64,000 nucleotides of DNA, taken from the NCBI GenBank assembly GCA_028700325.1, contig JAQVSV010000001.1, positions 28,085 through 92,084 on the forward strand. The letters are read 5' to 3'. Each line of letters begins with the position of its first letter. Position 1 is the first letter of the stretch. Below are positions 9,984 to 17,682 of this stretch, piece by piece. Under the pieces are notes generated by a model that made no database searches, was not told the DNA's origin, and saw nothing but the letters and a program-made list of their open reading frames with translations. A program made the translations under genes and the position numbers. Source of the DNA: Elusimicrobiaceae bacterium (lineage in GTDB: Bacteria; Elusimicrobiota; Elusimicrobia; Elusimicrobiales; Elusimicrobiaceae).

Positions 9984-10262
9984 CTACTTGATATTGCGCA
10001 TTTCCTCCGGGAACCGCCGCGCCTTGATCTTTTTGTCCGCCGGGCAGGTGTTTACGCCAAGCAGTGTATAAACCGGACACCAGCCGACAAACGCCACCAC
10101 TATCGGCAGCAGGCCCAGCAGGCCCAGCCAGTTTTTGTAATAAAGGCCGATCGCCAGTATCACAACGCCGCCGGCGACGCGGATCCATTTGTCCACATGC
10201 CCTACGTTTCTGCACATTTTTCCGTCCGCCATAACGCCCCCTTTTTTATCTTCAGCTGACAC
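9984..10262 (-). CDS. DUF2892 (YgaP-like) small membrane protein
   Basis: 92 aa with two hydrophobic helices. The GWCPVYTLLGVNTCP motif is characteristic of DUF2892. Confidence 0.65.
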   Translation of the reverse strand: MSAEDKKGGVMADGKMCRNVGHVDKWIRVAGGVVILAIGLYYKNWLGLLGLLPIVVAFVGWCPVYTLLGVNTCPADKKIKARRFPEEMRNIK

Positions 10263-10923
10263 CGACTTCGCCGGCGTTTTCTCTCATATAGGCGAAAGTT
10301 TTTGAGCCGGTGAACGCGGAATCGAAATTCCTGCGGTATAAATCTCTAAGTGCCTGCGCGGTTTCCACTCCGGGCCACTGCGCCAGCTCGGTGCAGGATT
10401 CAAAGCGCCGCTCAAACGGTTTTCCGCACACGCGGAACGCGCCGGATCCGGTCATGGAAATCCCGTCGAATGCGCCCGGTTCGTAAGCCGTTTTTGACAG
10501 GCCGAGCAGATAATAATTCCCGGTTTTTACCCGCCCGCAGCAGGCGGCGGAAGCGCCCAGCGCGGCGAAAGCCGAGCCGTAAGTTTCAGTCGGCAGGTCG
10601 GGGCACGCTATCCCCACGGCGACAACCCGGTCGTACGCCTGCTCGAACGCGAACCGGACCGCGTGAGCGAGTTTTTCGGAATCGGACGCGCCCGTCTGCG
10701 CGATATAACGGCAGTCCTCGCCCAGCCGCGCGCGGTACTGCTCCACGCCTGCGCGCGGATCATAGCAGACAATGATGTCCGCCGAACCGTGCAAACGTTC
10801 CGCGCAATCCTCATGAAACAGGCCGACCAGTTTTTCCGCGCGGTGAGGCTTCAGTTCGGCGTTAAGCGGATGCCGGGTTCCGCCGCCTGGCAGCGCGGCG
10901 AAAAAAACAATAGCGTTTCTCAT
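10252..10923 (-). CDS. DUF2064/TIGR04282-like putative glycosyltransferase
   Basis: MRNAIVFFAALP start. GIACPDLP and GNYYLLGLSK blocks match the DUF2064 pattern (G.DCPDL, GGYYLIGL). This is recalled from memory. Confidence 0.5.
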   Translation of the reverse strand: MRNAIVFFAALPGGGTRHPLNAELKPHRAEKLVGLFHEDCAERLHGSADIIVCYDPRAGVEQYRARLGEDCRYIAQTGASDSEKLAHAVRFAFEQAYDRVVAVGIACPDLPTETYGSAFAALGASAACCGRVKTGNYYLLGLSKTAYEPGAFDGISMTGSGAFRVCGKPFERRFESCTELAQWPGVETAQALRDLYRRNFDSAFTGSKTFAYMRENAGEVGVS

Positions 10924-11231
10924 AATAAATTCCCGATATAAAATGCGCGCGGGTTCCCGCGCGCCGAAGCCATGTTATATTTATACATAATCCTTCGCGT
11001 TATTGCCACACTCCGTGCGGGCCGGAGCGAATTAGCTTGCCAGACCCGCGCGGGTTTGCAGCCGGCATGATTGGAGGATATGAGATCCCGCAGGCGGGAA
11101 CGGATATAACGTCTGCCGGGTTCACCAGCCTGCTCGCTGTTTGCTGGCGGTTTGGCGGGCGCGGTTTTTAAACGCGTCTGCACCTGCCATAAACTGCGCG
11201 GCCCGGCTGGAATTGCGGCCGGATATGTTTA

Positions 11232-11259
11232 TTGCTCCGGCCGGGCAAAGTGTTATAAT
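11232..11259 (+). promoter_or_regulatory. sigma70-like promoter candidate with extended -10
   Basis: TTGCTC (11232-11237), 16-nt spacer, TGtTATAAT (11251-11259). The -10 ends 6 nt before the ATG at 11266, so the transcript could be leaderless. Confidence 0.35.
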
Positions 11260-11265
11260 GGCGGT

Positions 11266-11520
11266 ATGGCGGATAAAAAAGTTTTTTTATATGCGTTGAG
11301 CACCTGTATCTGGTGCCGCAGAACCAAGGAATTGCTTACAGCGCTGGGCGTGGATTATGACTTTGTTTTTGTGGACACTCTGCAGGGCGCGGAAAAAGAG
11401 AAGGCGGTTGCCGAGATGGCGCGGCACAATCCGTCCCGCTCGTTTCCCACCGTGCTGATTAACGGAACGGTGATCGTGGGGTTTCAGGAAGCCCGGATCA
11501 GGGAGCTGCTGCAGAAATGA
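11266..11520 (+). CDS. glutaredoxin-like protein (CxxC = CIWC)
   Basis: MADKKVFLYALSTCIWCRRTKELL...FPTVLINGTVIVGF is a glutaredoxin fold pattern. The upstream in-frame extension from 11152 has no homology-like features. Confidence 0.72.
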   Translation: MADKKVFLYALSTCIWCRRTKELLTALGVDYDFVFVDTLQGAEKEKAVAEMARHNPSRSFPTVLINGTVIVGFQEARIRELLQK

Positions 11521-12047
11521 CCGATATTGACAAAAGCAGGCTCGCCGGTTTTTACCGGCAGCTTCAGCGGCAGGCGCAGGACGGGGGCTATTTTCTGAAC
11601 CCGGATTCTGGTTTTGCCATGGAACTGGCTGAAAGCCTGCTGATCAACCAGAACCGCTACGGCTATCAGGCCTGCCCCTGCCGGCTGGCCGACGGCGAAC
11701 GCGAACTTGACCAAGACATCATCTGTCCCTGTGATTACCGCGACGAGGATCTCGGTGAATACGGCGCCTGCTACTGCGCGCTTTATGTATCCAAAGAAGT
11801 GGCGGAGCGGAAAAAGCAGGCCGGTTCCATTCCGGAGCGCCGCCCGCCCGATCCGGCGGACCGTGCAAAACGGAAACCCGTGCCGTCCGCGCCGGGAACA
11901 GGTTTGTCGGGGCTGGCTTATCCTGTATGGCGGTGCCGGGTGTGCGGATATCTGGCCGCGCGGGACACGCCGCCCGGCGTCTGTCCGGTCTGCCATGCGG
12001 AAAAGGACCGGTTCGAGCTCTTTATGCCAGGCGGAAACACACGGTAA
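11517..12047 (+). CDS. ferredoxin:thioredoxin reductase catalytic-subunit-like domain fused to a C-terminal rubredoxin-type zinc/iron ribbon
   Basis: The FTR-B cysteine pattern is CPCR..(17)..CPCD..(13)..CYCALY. The C-terminal WRCRVCGY...CPVCHAEKDRF has two CxxC pairs. The start overlaps the glutaredoxin stop (ATGA). Confidence 0.72.
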   Translation: MTDIDKSRLAGFYRQLQRQAQDGGYFLNPDSGFAMELAESLLINQNRYGYQACPCRLADGERELDQDIICPCDYRDEDLGEYGACYCALYVSKEVAERKKQAGSIPERRPPDPADRAKRKPVPSAPGTGLSGLAYPVWRCRVCGYLAARDTPPGVCPVCHAEKDRFELFMPGGNTR

Positions 12048-12064
12048 CGGGCATGAATATTATT

Positions 12065-12096
12065 AAAAAGGCCCCGCCGGCAGGCGGGGCCTTTTT
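12065..12096 (+). terminator. bidirectional rho-independent terminator
   Basis: AAAAAG-GCCCCGCC-GGCA-GGCGGGGC-CTTTTT has A-tract and T-tract flanks. It closes the grx-FTR operon on the plus strand and could also terminate a minus-strand RNA from the repeat element. Confidence 0.7.
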
Positions 12097-12097
12097 C

Positions 12098-12278
12098 TTA
12101 TAAATTCCGCACACAAAAATCCGGCGCTGGCCGGCATGGCATGGCTCAGGCGGGGCGATGGAGTGTGTAACCCTGCGCAAGCAGTGCAAACGAAGTCTGG
12201 ACCAAAAGGAAACCCCGGCTTGCCGGTAAAGCGTAATAACAACCGGCAGGCCAATGGCACAAGCCGGGGGAGTTTCAT
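12098..12278. repeat. copy 1 of a duplicated ~180-200 nt structured intergenic element (candidate sRNA; strand unresolved)
   Basis: Aligns end to end with 59575-59774 in the same orientation. It shares 49-nt and 27-nt identical blocks. Nested helices are predicted. See findings. Confidence 0.55.
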
Positions 12279-12434
12279 CGCGAAGATAAGGTAATGACGG
12301 CGCGATATACGGAGGTTGCTGCCCGGTAGGCGGGTGCGTGGCGCGCGGGCGGGGTTATAGGCGCCGGGCAATGCAAGCTTGACGGCGGGGGCCCTGCATT
12401 GGTGTGTGTGCGCCGGCAGTCCGTGCAAGCTGGC

Positions 12435-12473
12435 GTGGCGCGGGCCGCGGATTTTGTCCGCGGCCCGCGCCAC
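12435..12473. other. long GC-rich stem-loop
   Basis: GTGGCGCGGGCCGCGGA-TTTTG-TCCGCGGCCCGCGCCAC forms a 17-bp perfect stem, 22 nt downstream of the TM1266-like gene stop. It has no clear U-tract on the minus strand and TTTCAGT on the plus strand. Confidence 0.4.
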
Positions 12474-12495
12474 TTTCAGTCAAACCGGCCGGTTT

Positions 12496-12750
12496 TTAAA
12501 GATTGCATTTGGCGGTGCTGGTTTTGATGATTACATCCTTAATGGCTTCCAGTTCGCCCGTCATCCTGCAGATATCGGAGTCTTTCCCGTCCACAATCAG
12601 CGTAATCACATGCATTTTTTTGCCATGGTACGGCATCCCCATGCGTCCTGCGATCAGATTGCCGTGCCGGGTAAGCACTTCGTTGACCTGCGGCGCGGCG
12701 GTTTCCCGGTTGTGAATGATAATTCCAACTATTCCGACATAATTTTCCAT
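12496..12750 (-). CDS. TM1266-family putative iron-only hydrogenase system regulator (ACT/NikR-C-like)
   Basis: 84 aa. VGIVGIIIHNRETAAPQVNEVLTRHGNLIAGRMGMPY matches my recollection of the TIGR03959 family. Confidence 0.5.
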   Translation of the reverse strand: MENYVGIVGIIIHNRETAAPQVNEVLTRHGNLIAGRMGMPYHGKKMHVITLIVDGKDSDICRMTGELEAIKDVIIKTSTAKCNL

Positions 12751-12852
12751 TTCAGCCCCCTTTGTCCTAAAATCTTCGCTGTTGTCGCATCAACAGTGTA
12801 ATATACTTGCCGGGCCGGATTCAACGGTTTCAATCCGGTTTGGCCGGCCGCG

Positions 12853-13287
12853 TTATCGGCCGCAGCATTTTTTATATTTTTTGCCGGACCCGCAGGGGCA
12901 ATCGTCATTTCTGCCGATTTTCGGTTCCTCGCGCCGGAAAGTTTCCACCTTGACCGGCTCCGCGCCGTCCTTTTGCTGTCTGGCCACTTCGGGGTGTTTT
13001 CCCATCCACGATTTGACCTGTTTCATGCTCTTGAGATCAACGCCGTCCTGCGCCATGCGTTTGGCCAGCGCGACTATTTTTTTCTTTATGTCGGGATTGT
13101 CCAGCTGCGCGCGCAGTGGCTTGGGCAGTTTCGCCAGTTCCGCTTCCAGCTGTTCCTCGGTAAATTCGCTCTTTTTTTTCCTGTCGTTTTTTTCCTTCGC
13201 TATGACGGCGGTTTCCGCGGCGGCTGGCGCGGCCGGTTTCGGCTCCGCTTTCTTTTTTCCGAACGATTTGAAGATGTCCCAAGCCAT
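12853..13287 (-). CDS. SEC-C motif (zinc-binding) domain protein, Lys/Glu-rich
   Basis: The C-terminal [20 protein letters not shown] is a canonical SEC-C metal-binding motif. Confidence 0.6.
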   Translation of the reverse strand: MAWDIFKSFGKKKAEPKPAAPAAAETAVIAKEKNDRKKKSEFTEEQLEAELAKLPKPLRAQLDNPDIKKKIVALAKRMAQDGVDLKSMKQVKSWMGKHPEVARQQKDGAEPVKVETFRREEPKIGRNDDCPCGSGKKYKKCCGR

Positions 13288-13299
13288 AAAACACTCCTC

Positions 13300-13881
13300 C
13301 TATAATCTGGGTATTTCCGTTTCCAGGATCTGGATGACGCGGTTCACTTTCACAAGAAAATCTTTTTCCTCTTCCACAATAAAGCGGTTCGGGTGGCCTT
13401 CCCATACCCGGTCCATCTTCCTGTCGAGCAGCAGCGATTCCCTGTGCGATTCTATCCGGGTTTTCGACAGCTGGTATGCGAGCTCCTGTTTGGGCGAGCG
13501 CAGATGCAGCACGATCGAATAGCGGCTGAATTCCTCGGCCAGCCCGGAGTGCAGCGAATCCAGAAACGATTCCCCGTCTTTCGGCCAGTAGGCCAGACCG
13601 TCGAGCGTGCCGCGGTCGCACAGAATCACCGAGGCCTGCGGGTTGTTGAGCGCGACTATTTCCTCCAGCTCCCGCACGGTGTAATAGATGGCGCGCTGGA
13701 TGTGGCGCATGTTCTCGTCGCCCGGCTGGCGCGGGAACCCGCCGCCGTACAGTATCGTGGCCGCCTCCGGCACAACCGCCACTTTCTTGCCGAAATGCCG
13801 CTGCACCACTTCGATAATGGAGGTCTTGCCGCCCGACGGCCCGCCTGTGAACACCACCTTTCCGGGAAGTTTTTTTGTCAT
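13300..13881 (-). CDS. P-loop ATPase (AAA_28/NadR-like kinase fold)
   Basis: Walker A VVFTGGPSGGKTS. ~190 aa. EAATILYGGGFPR block. Confidence 0.5.
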   Translation of the reverse strand: MTKKLPGKVVFTGGPSGGKTSIIEVVQRHFGKKVAVVPEAATILYGGGFPRQPGDENMRHIQRAIYYTVRELEEIVALNNPQASVILCDRGTLDGLAYWPKDGESFLDSLHSGLAEEFSRYSIVLHLRSPKQELAYQLSKTRIESHRESLLLDRKMDRVWEGHPNRFIVEEEKDFLVKVNRVIQILETEIPRL

Positions 13882-13897
13882 AGTTTGCGGTACCCTG

Positions 13898-15202
13898 TCA
13901 ATTGCCGGGCGCTGGTTTGCCGGACTTTCGGTCGGACAGCAGTTTGTTGATCGTGTCGAGCGTTTCGGCCATATATGCCTTGAACGCCGGTATTTTGTTT
14001 CTGGCCATCATGCCCGCCGACCGGTTTTTCATCGTCAGGAAATTCATGAATTTGCCGTTCTGCCTGATGCGGAAATCAAGATGCGGACCGGATGCCAGGC
14101 CCGTCATCCCCACATAACCTATAACCTGGCCCTGCATAACGCGCGTTCCTCGCTTCGTTTTGGCCGAATAACGGCTCAGATGCCCGTAAGCCGATATAAA
14201 ACCGTCGTTGTGTTTTATCTCTACATAATTGCCGAACCCGCCTTTGCGGCCGGCGAAAATCACCACGCCGTTTGCGACGGCCGACACCGGCGTGCCGGTC
14301 GGCGCGGCATAATCTATTCCAAGATGAGGGCGGAAGATTTTAAGGATCGGGTGAAACCGCCGCGCGCTGAAAAACGACGAGATCCTGCGGTAGCTCAGCG
14401 GCGCGCGCAGAAACATTTTTTTCAGTTCCTCGGCGTTCTCGCCGTAAAAAACCCCGTTGAACGAAAAAGCTTTTTTCAGGCCGGTTTCCTTGCCGCTGTA
14501 GGCCGCGCCGAGAATTTTCTGGGCCAGCAGTTCGCCTTGCGGCGCGCGGGTTTCCTCCCAGACTACGGCGAACCGGTCGCCGTCGCGCGTTTCCGTGAAA
14601 AAATCAATGTTCCAGGCGAACGCGTCGGCAAATTCCATGATGCCTTGCGGCGAAATTCCCTGCGCAGCCAGCGAGTTCCACAGCGACCCGCGTATCAGCC
14701 CGCACGCGTTTCTGCGCTCCACCGTGGTGGCGATCTCGAACGTGCCGGCCACATATCTGCCCGTGCCGGTTCGTGCGGCGAAGTATTTGCTGGTGCCGCG
14801 GGTGATTTCCAGCCGCTGGAATAAGCCGGAGGTCGAAATGGTGAGGTCGTATCTGTCGCGCGGCGTGAGCGCCGACACTTTCAGCGTTTTCGAAACCGCT
14901 TTTATGGCGTCGGCTGCTTCCTGTTGAGGCAGGCCGTGCCGTTTCAATACGAAATACAGCAGATCGCCTTTCTGAAAATGTCCGCCGTAGCGGTTAAGCG
15001 TTTGTGTCTGGGGGTCCGGGAGCGCGGCCCGCTCTTTCAGTTTCTTCCAGTAAATCGCCGTGCAGCACAGCAGCAGCGTCAGCCCGCCCCACACGAGTAT
15101 CCGCGCGGCGGAACCCGCTAATGGCTTCTGAAAAGGGGAAACCGCAGAGTGAGCTTTTATCCGCCACAGCGCGCGTCTGGAATTTTTCTGTTTTAAAACC
15201 AT
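13898..15202 (-). CDS. M23 family peptidoglycan DD-metalloendopeptidase with N-terminal membrane anchor
   Basis: HLGIDYAAPTGTPV ... GFGNYVEIKH ... GMTGLASGPHLDFRI are the M23 zinc motifs HxxxD and HxH-type. There is one N-terminal TM helix. Confidence 0.85.
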   Translation of the reverse strand: MVLKQKNSRRALWRIKAHSAVSPFQKPLAGSAARILVWGGLTLLLCCTAIYWKKLKERAALPDPQTQTLNRYGGHFQKGDLLYFVLKRHGLPQQEAADAIKAVSKTLKVSALTPRDRYDLTISTSGLFQRLEITRGTSKYFAARTGTGRYVAGTFEIATTVERRNACGLIRGSLWNSLAAQGISPQGIMEFADAFAWNIDFFTETRDGDRFAVVWEETRAPQGELLAQKILGAAYSGKETGLKKAFSFNGVFYGENAEELKKMFLRAPLSYRRISSFFSARRFHPILKIFRPHLGIDYAAPTGTPVSAVANGVVIFAGRKGGFGNYVEIKHNDGFISAYGHLSRYSAKTKRGTRVMQGQVIGYVGMTGLASGPHLDFRIRQNGKFMNFLTMKNRSAGMMARNKIPAFKAYMAETLDTINKLLSDRKSGKPAPGN

Positions 15203-15426
15203 CCTCTATAATTTATCAAATCAGCCGGAAAGTTTAAACTGGATTCTTGTCCGCGCGCGCATGGCGCGCGCCAAGCCAGCATATGAAAGGCGGGGCGGTG
15301 ACAGTCTTTTTCGCGCGCATGCGCTGGTTCGGGCGGAACATGCCAAGGCTGCCGCCGAGCAGGTCTTGTCCGCGCGCGCTGGTTTGCGGTATGCGCCGGC
15401 GTACTGCCCGGCCGGCGGAAAAAAAG

Positions 15427-16341
15427 TCAGTTCCTTTTAAGGTAAGCCGCAAGAGCAATGGAATTGAGTTTGGTGGCAGGCGTGTCGGCTCGCGACGGCA
15501 GAATCGCGGGTATTTTCGCGCCGACCAGTATTGCCGCCGCGCCGATCCCCGCGCCCAGCTGGATAATGCTTTTGTAAACCAGATTGCCGGCGTCAAGGTT
15601 GGGCATTAAAAGCAGATCCGCGTCGCCCGGCACCACACCGCCGGTTATGCCTTTTTCGTCCGCCGCGGCCCGCGAAAAGGAAATGTAGACGTCGTAAGGC
15701 CCTTCCACAACCGCGCCGGCAATGCCGCCGCTGCGGTTGAGTTCCGCCAGTTCGCGCGCCGCCACGGTGCTTGGCATGGCCTCGTTGACTTTTTCCACCG
15801 GACAGACTACCGATATTTTCGGCTCCGCCACGCCCAGCCTGTGCAGAATTTCTATGGAATTGTTCAGGATTTTGACTTTCTGGCTCAGGTCGGGGCTGAT
15901 AAGAATCGCGGAGTCGGTTATCACAAAAGGTTTTTTATAGTTCGCAGCCGTCAGCAGCGCGAAATGGTTGAGCAGCGCGCCCGGCGGCACGAGCCCGGCC
16001 TCCTTGTTGAGGATGGCTTTCATGTACAGCCTGGTGTCCACCAGACCTTTCACCAGAAAGTCCGCTTTGCCCTGTGTCACCAGCCGCACGGCTTCGGCGC
16101 ACATGTCCGCCATGCCGGCGCAGTCAATGACAGTGAACTTGGCGGTATTGAGCCCGCAGCGCGCGGCGGTGCCGGAAACAGCTTCGCGCTCGCCTATCAG
16201 ATAGCCGCCGGAAATCAGGCCGGCTTCGTCCGCCAGTTTAATCGCCTCAAGCGCCTCCGGGTTGTTGGCGCCGGGCACGGCCACGTGATTCGCCCGTCCG
16301 CGCACAAGACCGAGCAGTTCGTCAAAGTTTGAAAAGTTCAT
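15427..16341 (-). CDS. ptb: phosphate butyryltransferase / phosphate acyltransferase (PTA_PTB family)
   Basis: 304 aa PTA_PTB-like protein (DFLVKGLVDT, PNLDAGN-like MPNLDAGNLVYK). It lies immediately downstream of butyrate kinase. Confidence 0.78.
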   Translation of the reverse strand: MNFSNFDELLGLVRGRANHVAVPGANNPEALEAIKLADEAGLISGGYLIGEREAVSGTAARCGLNTAKFTVIDCAGMADMCAEAVRLVTQGKADFLVKGLVDTRLYMKAILNKEAGLVPPGALLNHFALLTAANYKKPFVITDSAILISPDLSQKVKILNNSIEILHRLGVAEPKISVVCPVEKVNEAMPSTVAARELAELNRSGGIAGAVVEGPYDVYISFSRAAADEKGITGGVVPGDADLLLMPNLDAGNLVYKSIIQLGAGIGAAAILVGAKIPAILPSRADTPATKLNSIALAAYLKRN

Positions 16342-16353
16342 TGGTTCGCTCCG

Positions 16354-17457
16354 TTATTTATATTCCTGCACCGAGGAAGGATCTTCAAGCGCGCGGGTCG
16401 CCGCATCCATGAGCGCGCGGTTCTCGTCGCCGCCGGGAAACTCTATCACCGGCGCGAGCCAGTCTATCCGCGCGCGCAGTTCCGGCATGAGATGTTTGTC
16501 ATACACTATGCCGCCGGTAAGCACGATCGCGTCCACGCGGCCGGCCAGCACAACGGCCATCGCGCCGATTTCCTTGGCGATCTGGTACGCCATTGCCGAA
16601 ACGCATTCATGCGCTTTTTCGCGGCTGACGGTGATCTGCGGATCCTTCTCGCCGGTGGCGATGAATTTCTCAAGCGCGATCAGGTCCGACGTGCCGGTAT
16701 ACGCCACCAGCCCGCCGCGCCCCTTGATTTTCAGTTTAATGTCCGCATGGCCATCCCGGCCGGAAAAACACAGCCGCGCCAGCCCGCCGGAGGGCACGCC
16801 GCCGCTGCGCTGGGGGGTGAACGGGCCGTCGCCGTCGAGCGCGTTGTTTACGTCAATCACCCGTCCGCCCACATGCGCGCCCACCGAAATGCCGCCGCCG
16901 CCGTGCATCACGATGAGGCGGCAGTTCTCGTATTTTTTGCCCAGCTTGCCGGCCGCCAGCCGCGCGACACGTTTATGGTTGAGCGCGTGAAAAATTGAAA
17001 TGCGCGGATTCTCCGGCATTCCGGAATAGCGGGCCAGCGCGTGCAGCTCGTCAACGACCACGGGATCGGCGATGAAAGCGGGACAGCCGGCGTCCTGCGC
17101 GATTTCGCGCGCTATCAGGCCGCCCAGATTGGACGAATGGTCGCCGGAAACGCCGTCGCGCAGATCTTTCGTCAGCGCGTCGTTGACCGCGTAAGTGCCG
17201 CCCGGTATCGGTTTTACCAGCCCGCCGCGCCCTATGACGGCGGACAGCGAGTTCACTTCTATCCCGTTTTCGCGCAGCAGATCCAGCACGTTTTTTTTGC
17301 GGAACTCATGCTGCGCGGTTATTTTCTGATGGTCAAAATCCTTCAGATCCGCCGGGCTGTAGCGCAGGGTTTTTTTGACCAGCTGGCGTCCGTCTTCATA
17401 TATGCCCAGCTCATCCGAAGTGGAGCCTGGATTGATGACAAGAATTCTCATGACCAT
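16354..17457 (-). CDS. buk: butyrate kinase
   Basis: MRILVINPGSTSDELGIYEDG N-terminus. ASKHA-fold motifs are present. ~365 aa. Met3 at 17451 is an alternative start. Confidence 0.88.
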   Translation of the reverse strand: MVMRILVINPGSTSDELGIYEDGRQLVKKTLRYSPADLKDFDHQKITAQHEFRKKNVLDLLRENGIEVNSLSAVIGRGGLVKPIPGGTYAVNDALTKDLRDGVSGDHSSNLGGLIAREIAQDAGCPAFIADPVVVDELHALARYSGMPENPRISIFHALNHKRVARLAAGKLGKKYENCRLIVMHGGGGISVGAHVGGRVIDVNNALDGDGPFTPQRSGGVPSGGLARLCFSGRDGHADIKLKIKGRGGLVAYTGTSDLIALEKFIATGEKDPQITVSREKAHECVSAMAYQIAKEIGAMAVVLAGRVDAIVLTGGIVYDKHLMPELRARIDWLAPVIEFPGGDENRALMDAATRALEDPSSVQEYK

Positions 17458-17579
17458 TGCATTCTCCGGGCCTGCGCCGGGTTCCGGCCGGAGCGGGCTT
17501 GCGATTTAAAATTTGCGCGACATCACTATGATATAAATTATTTTCGAAATTGCAACTTGCCGCGCTCAACTCCGGCTGT

Positions 17580-17616
17580 AAAAAATGCGCCGTCCGGCCC
17601 GGCGGGCGGCGCATTT
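17580..17616 (-). terminator. rho-independent terminator after the PLD-like gene
   Basis: The minus strand reads AAATGCGCCG-(13 nt)-CGGCGCATTTTTT. It is preceded by a second GC hairpin at 17634-17660. Confidence 0.55.
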
Positions 17617-17682
17617 CCTTTGCGGAAACCGCAAGGGCCCCCGCTCAGGCGGGGGCCCTTGTGTATAATTCTGAAACAGCCT

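Noticed and set aside
12098-12278. Motifs in the repeat element reminiscent of known RNAs: RNase P (GTAACCC..GCAAG and AACCCCGGCTTGCCGG versus GGUAAACCCC..GAGCAAG and ACAGAACCCGGCUUA), SAM-IV (AAGCCCCGGCUUGCUGG) and the FMN riboswitch (AAGUCUGGA).
   Set aside because: The universally conserved RNase P GAGGAAAGUCCGG block is absent on both strands, and there is not enough room for a full RNase P RNA. The other riboswitch cores (GGTGAAATTCC for FMN, the SAM-binding junction) are missing. These are short chance matches.
12063-12473. 136-aa minus-strand ORF across repeat copy 1, and the 60-aa ORF (59575-59757) across copy 2. They share a peptide-like stretch: PLACRLLLRFTGKPG..GPDFVC.ACAGLHTP.
   Set aside because: A 1-nt indel near the 5' end and a 20-nt insertion near the 3' end change the frame between the copies. 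No SD or conserved start exists. Conservation stops exactly at the structural element ends. The similarity is better explained by nucleotide-level (RNA/DNA) conservation.
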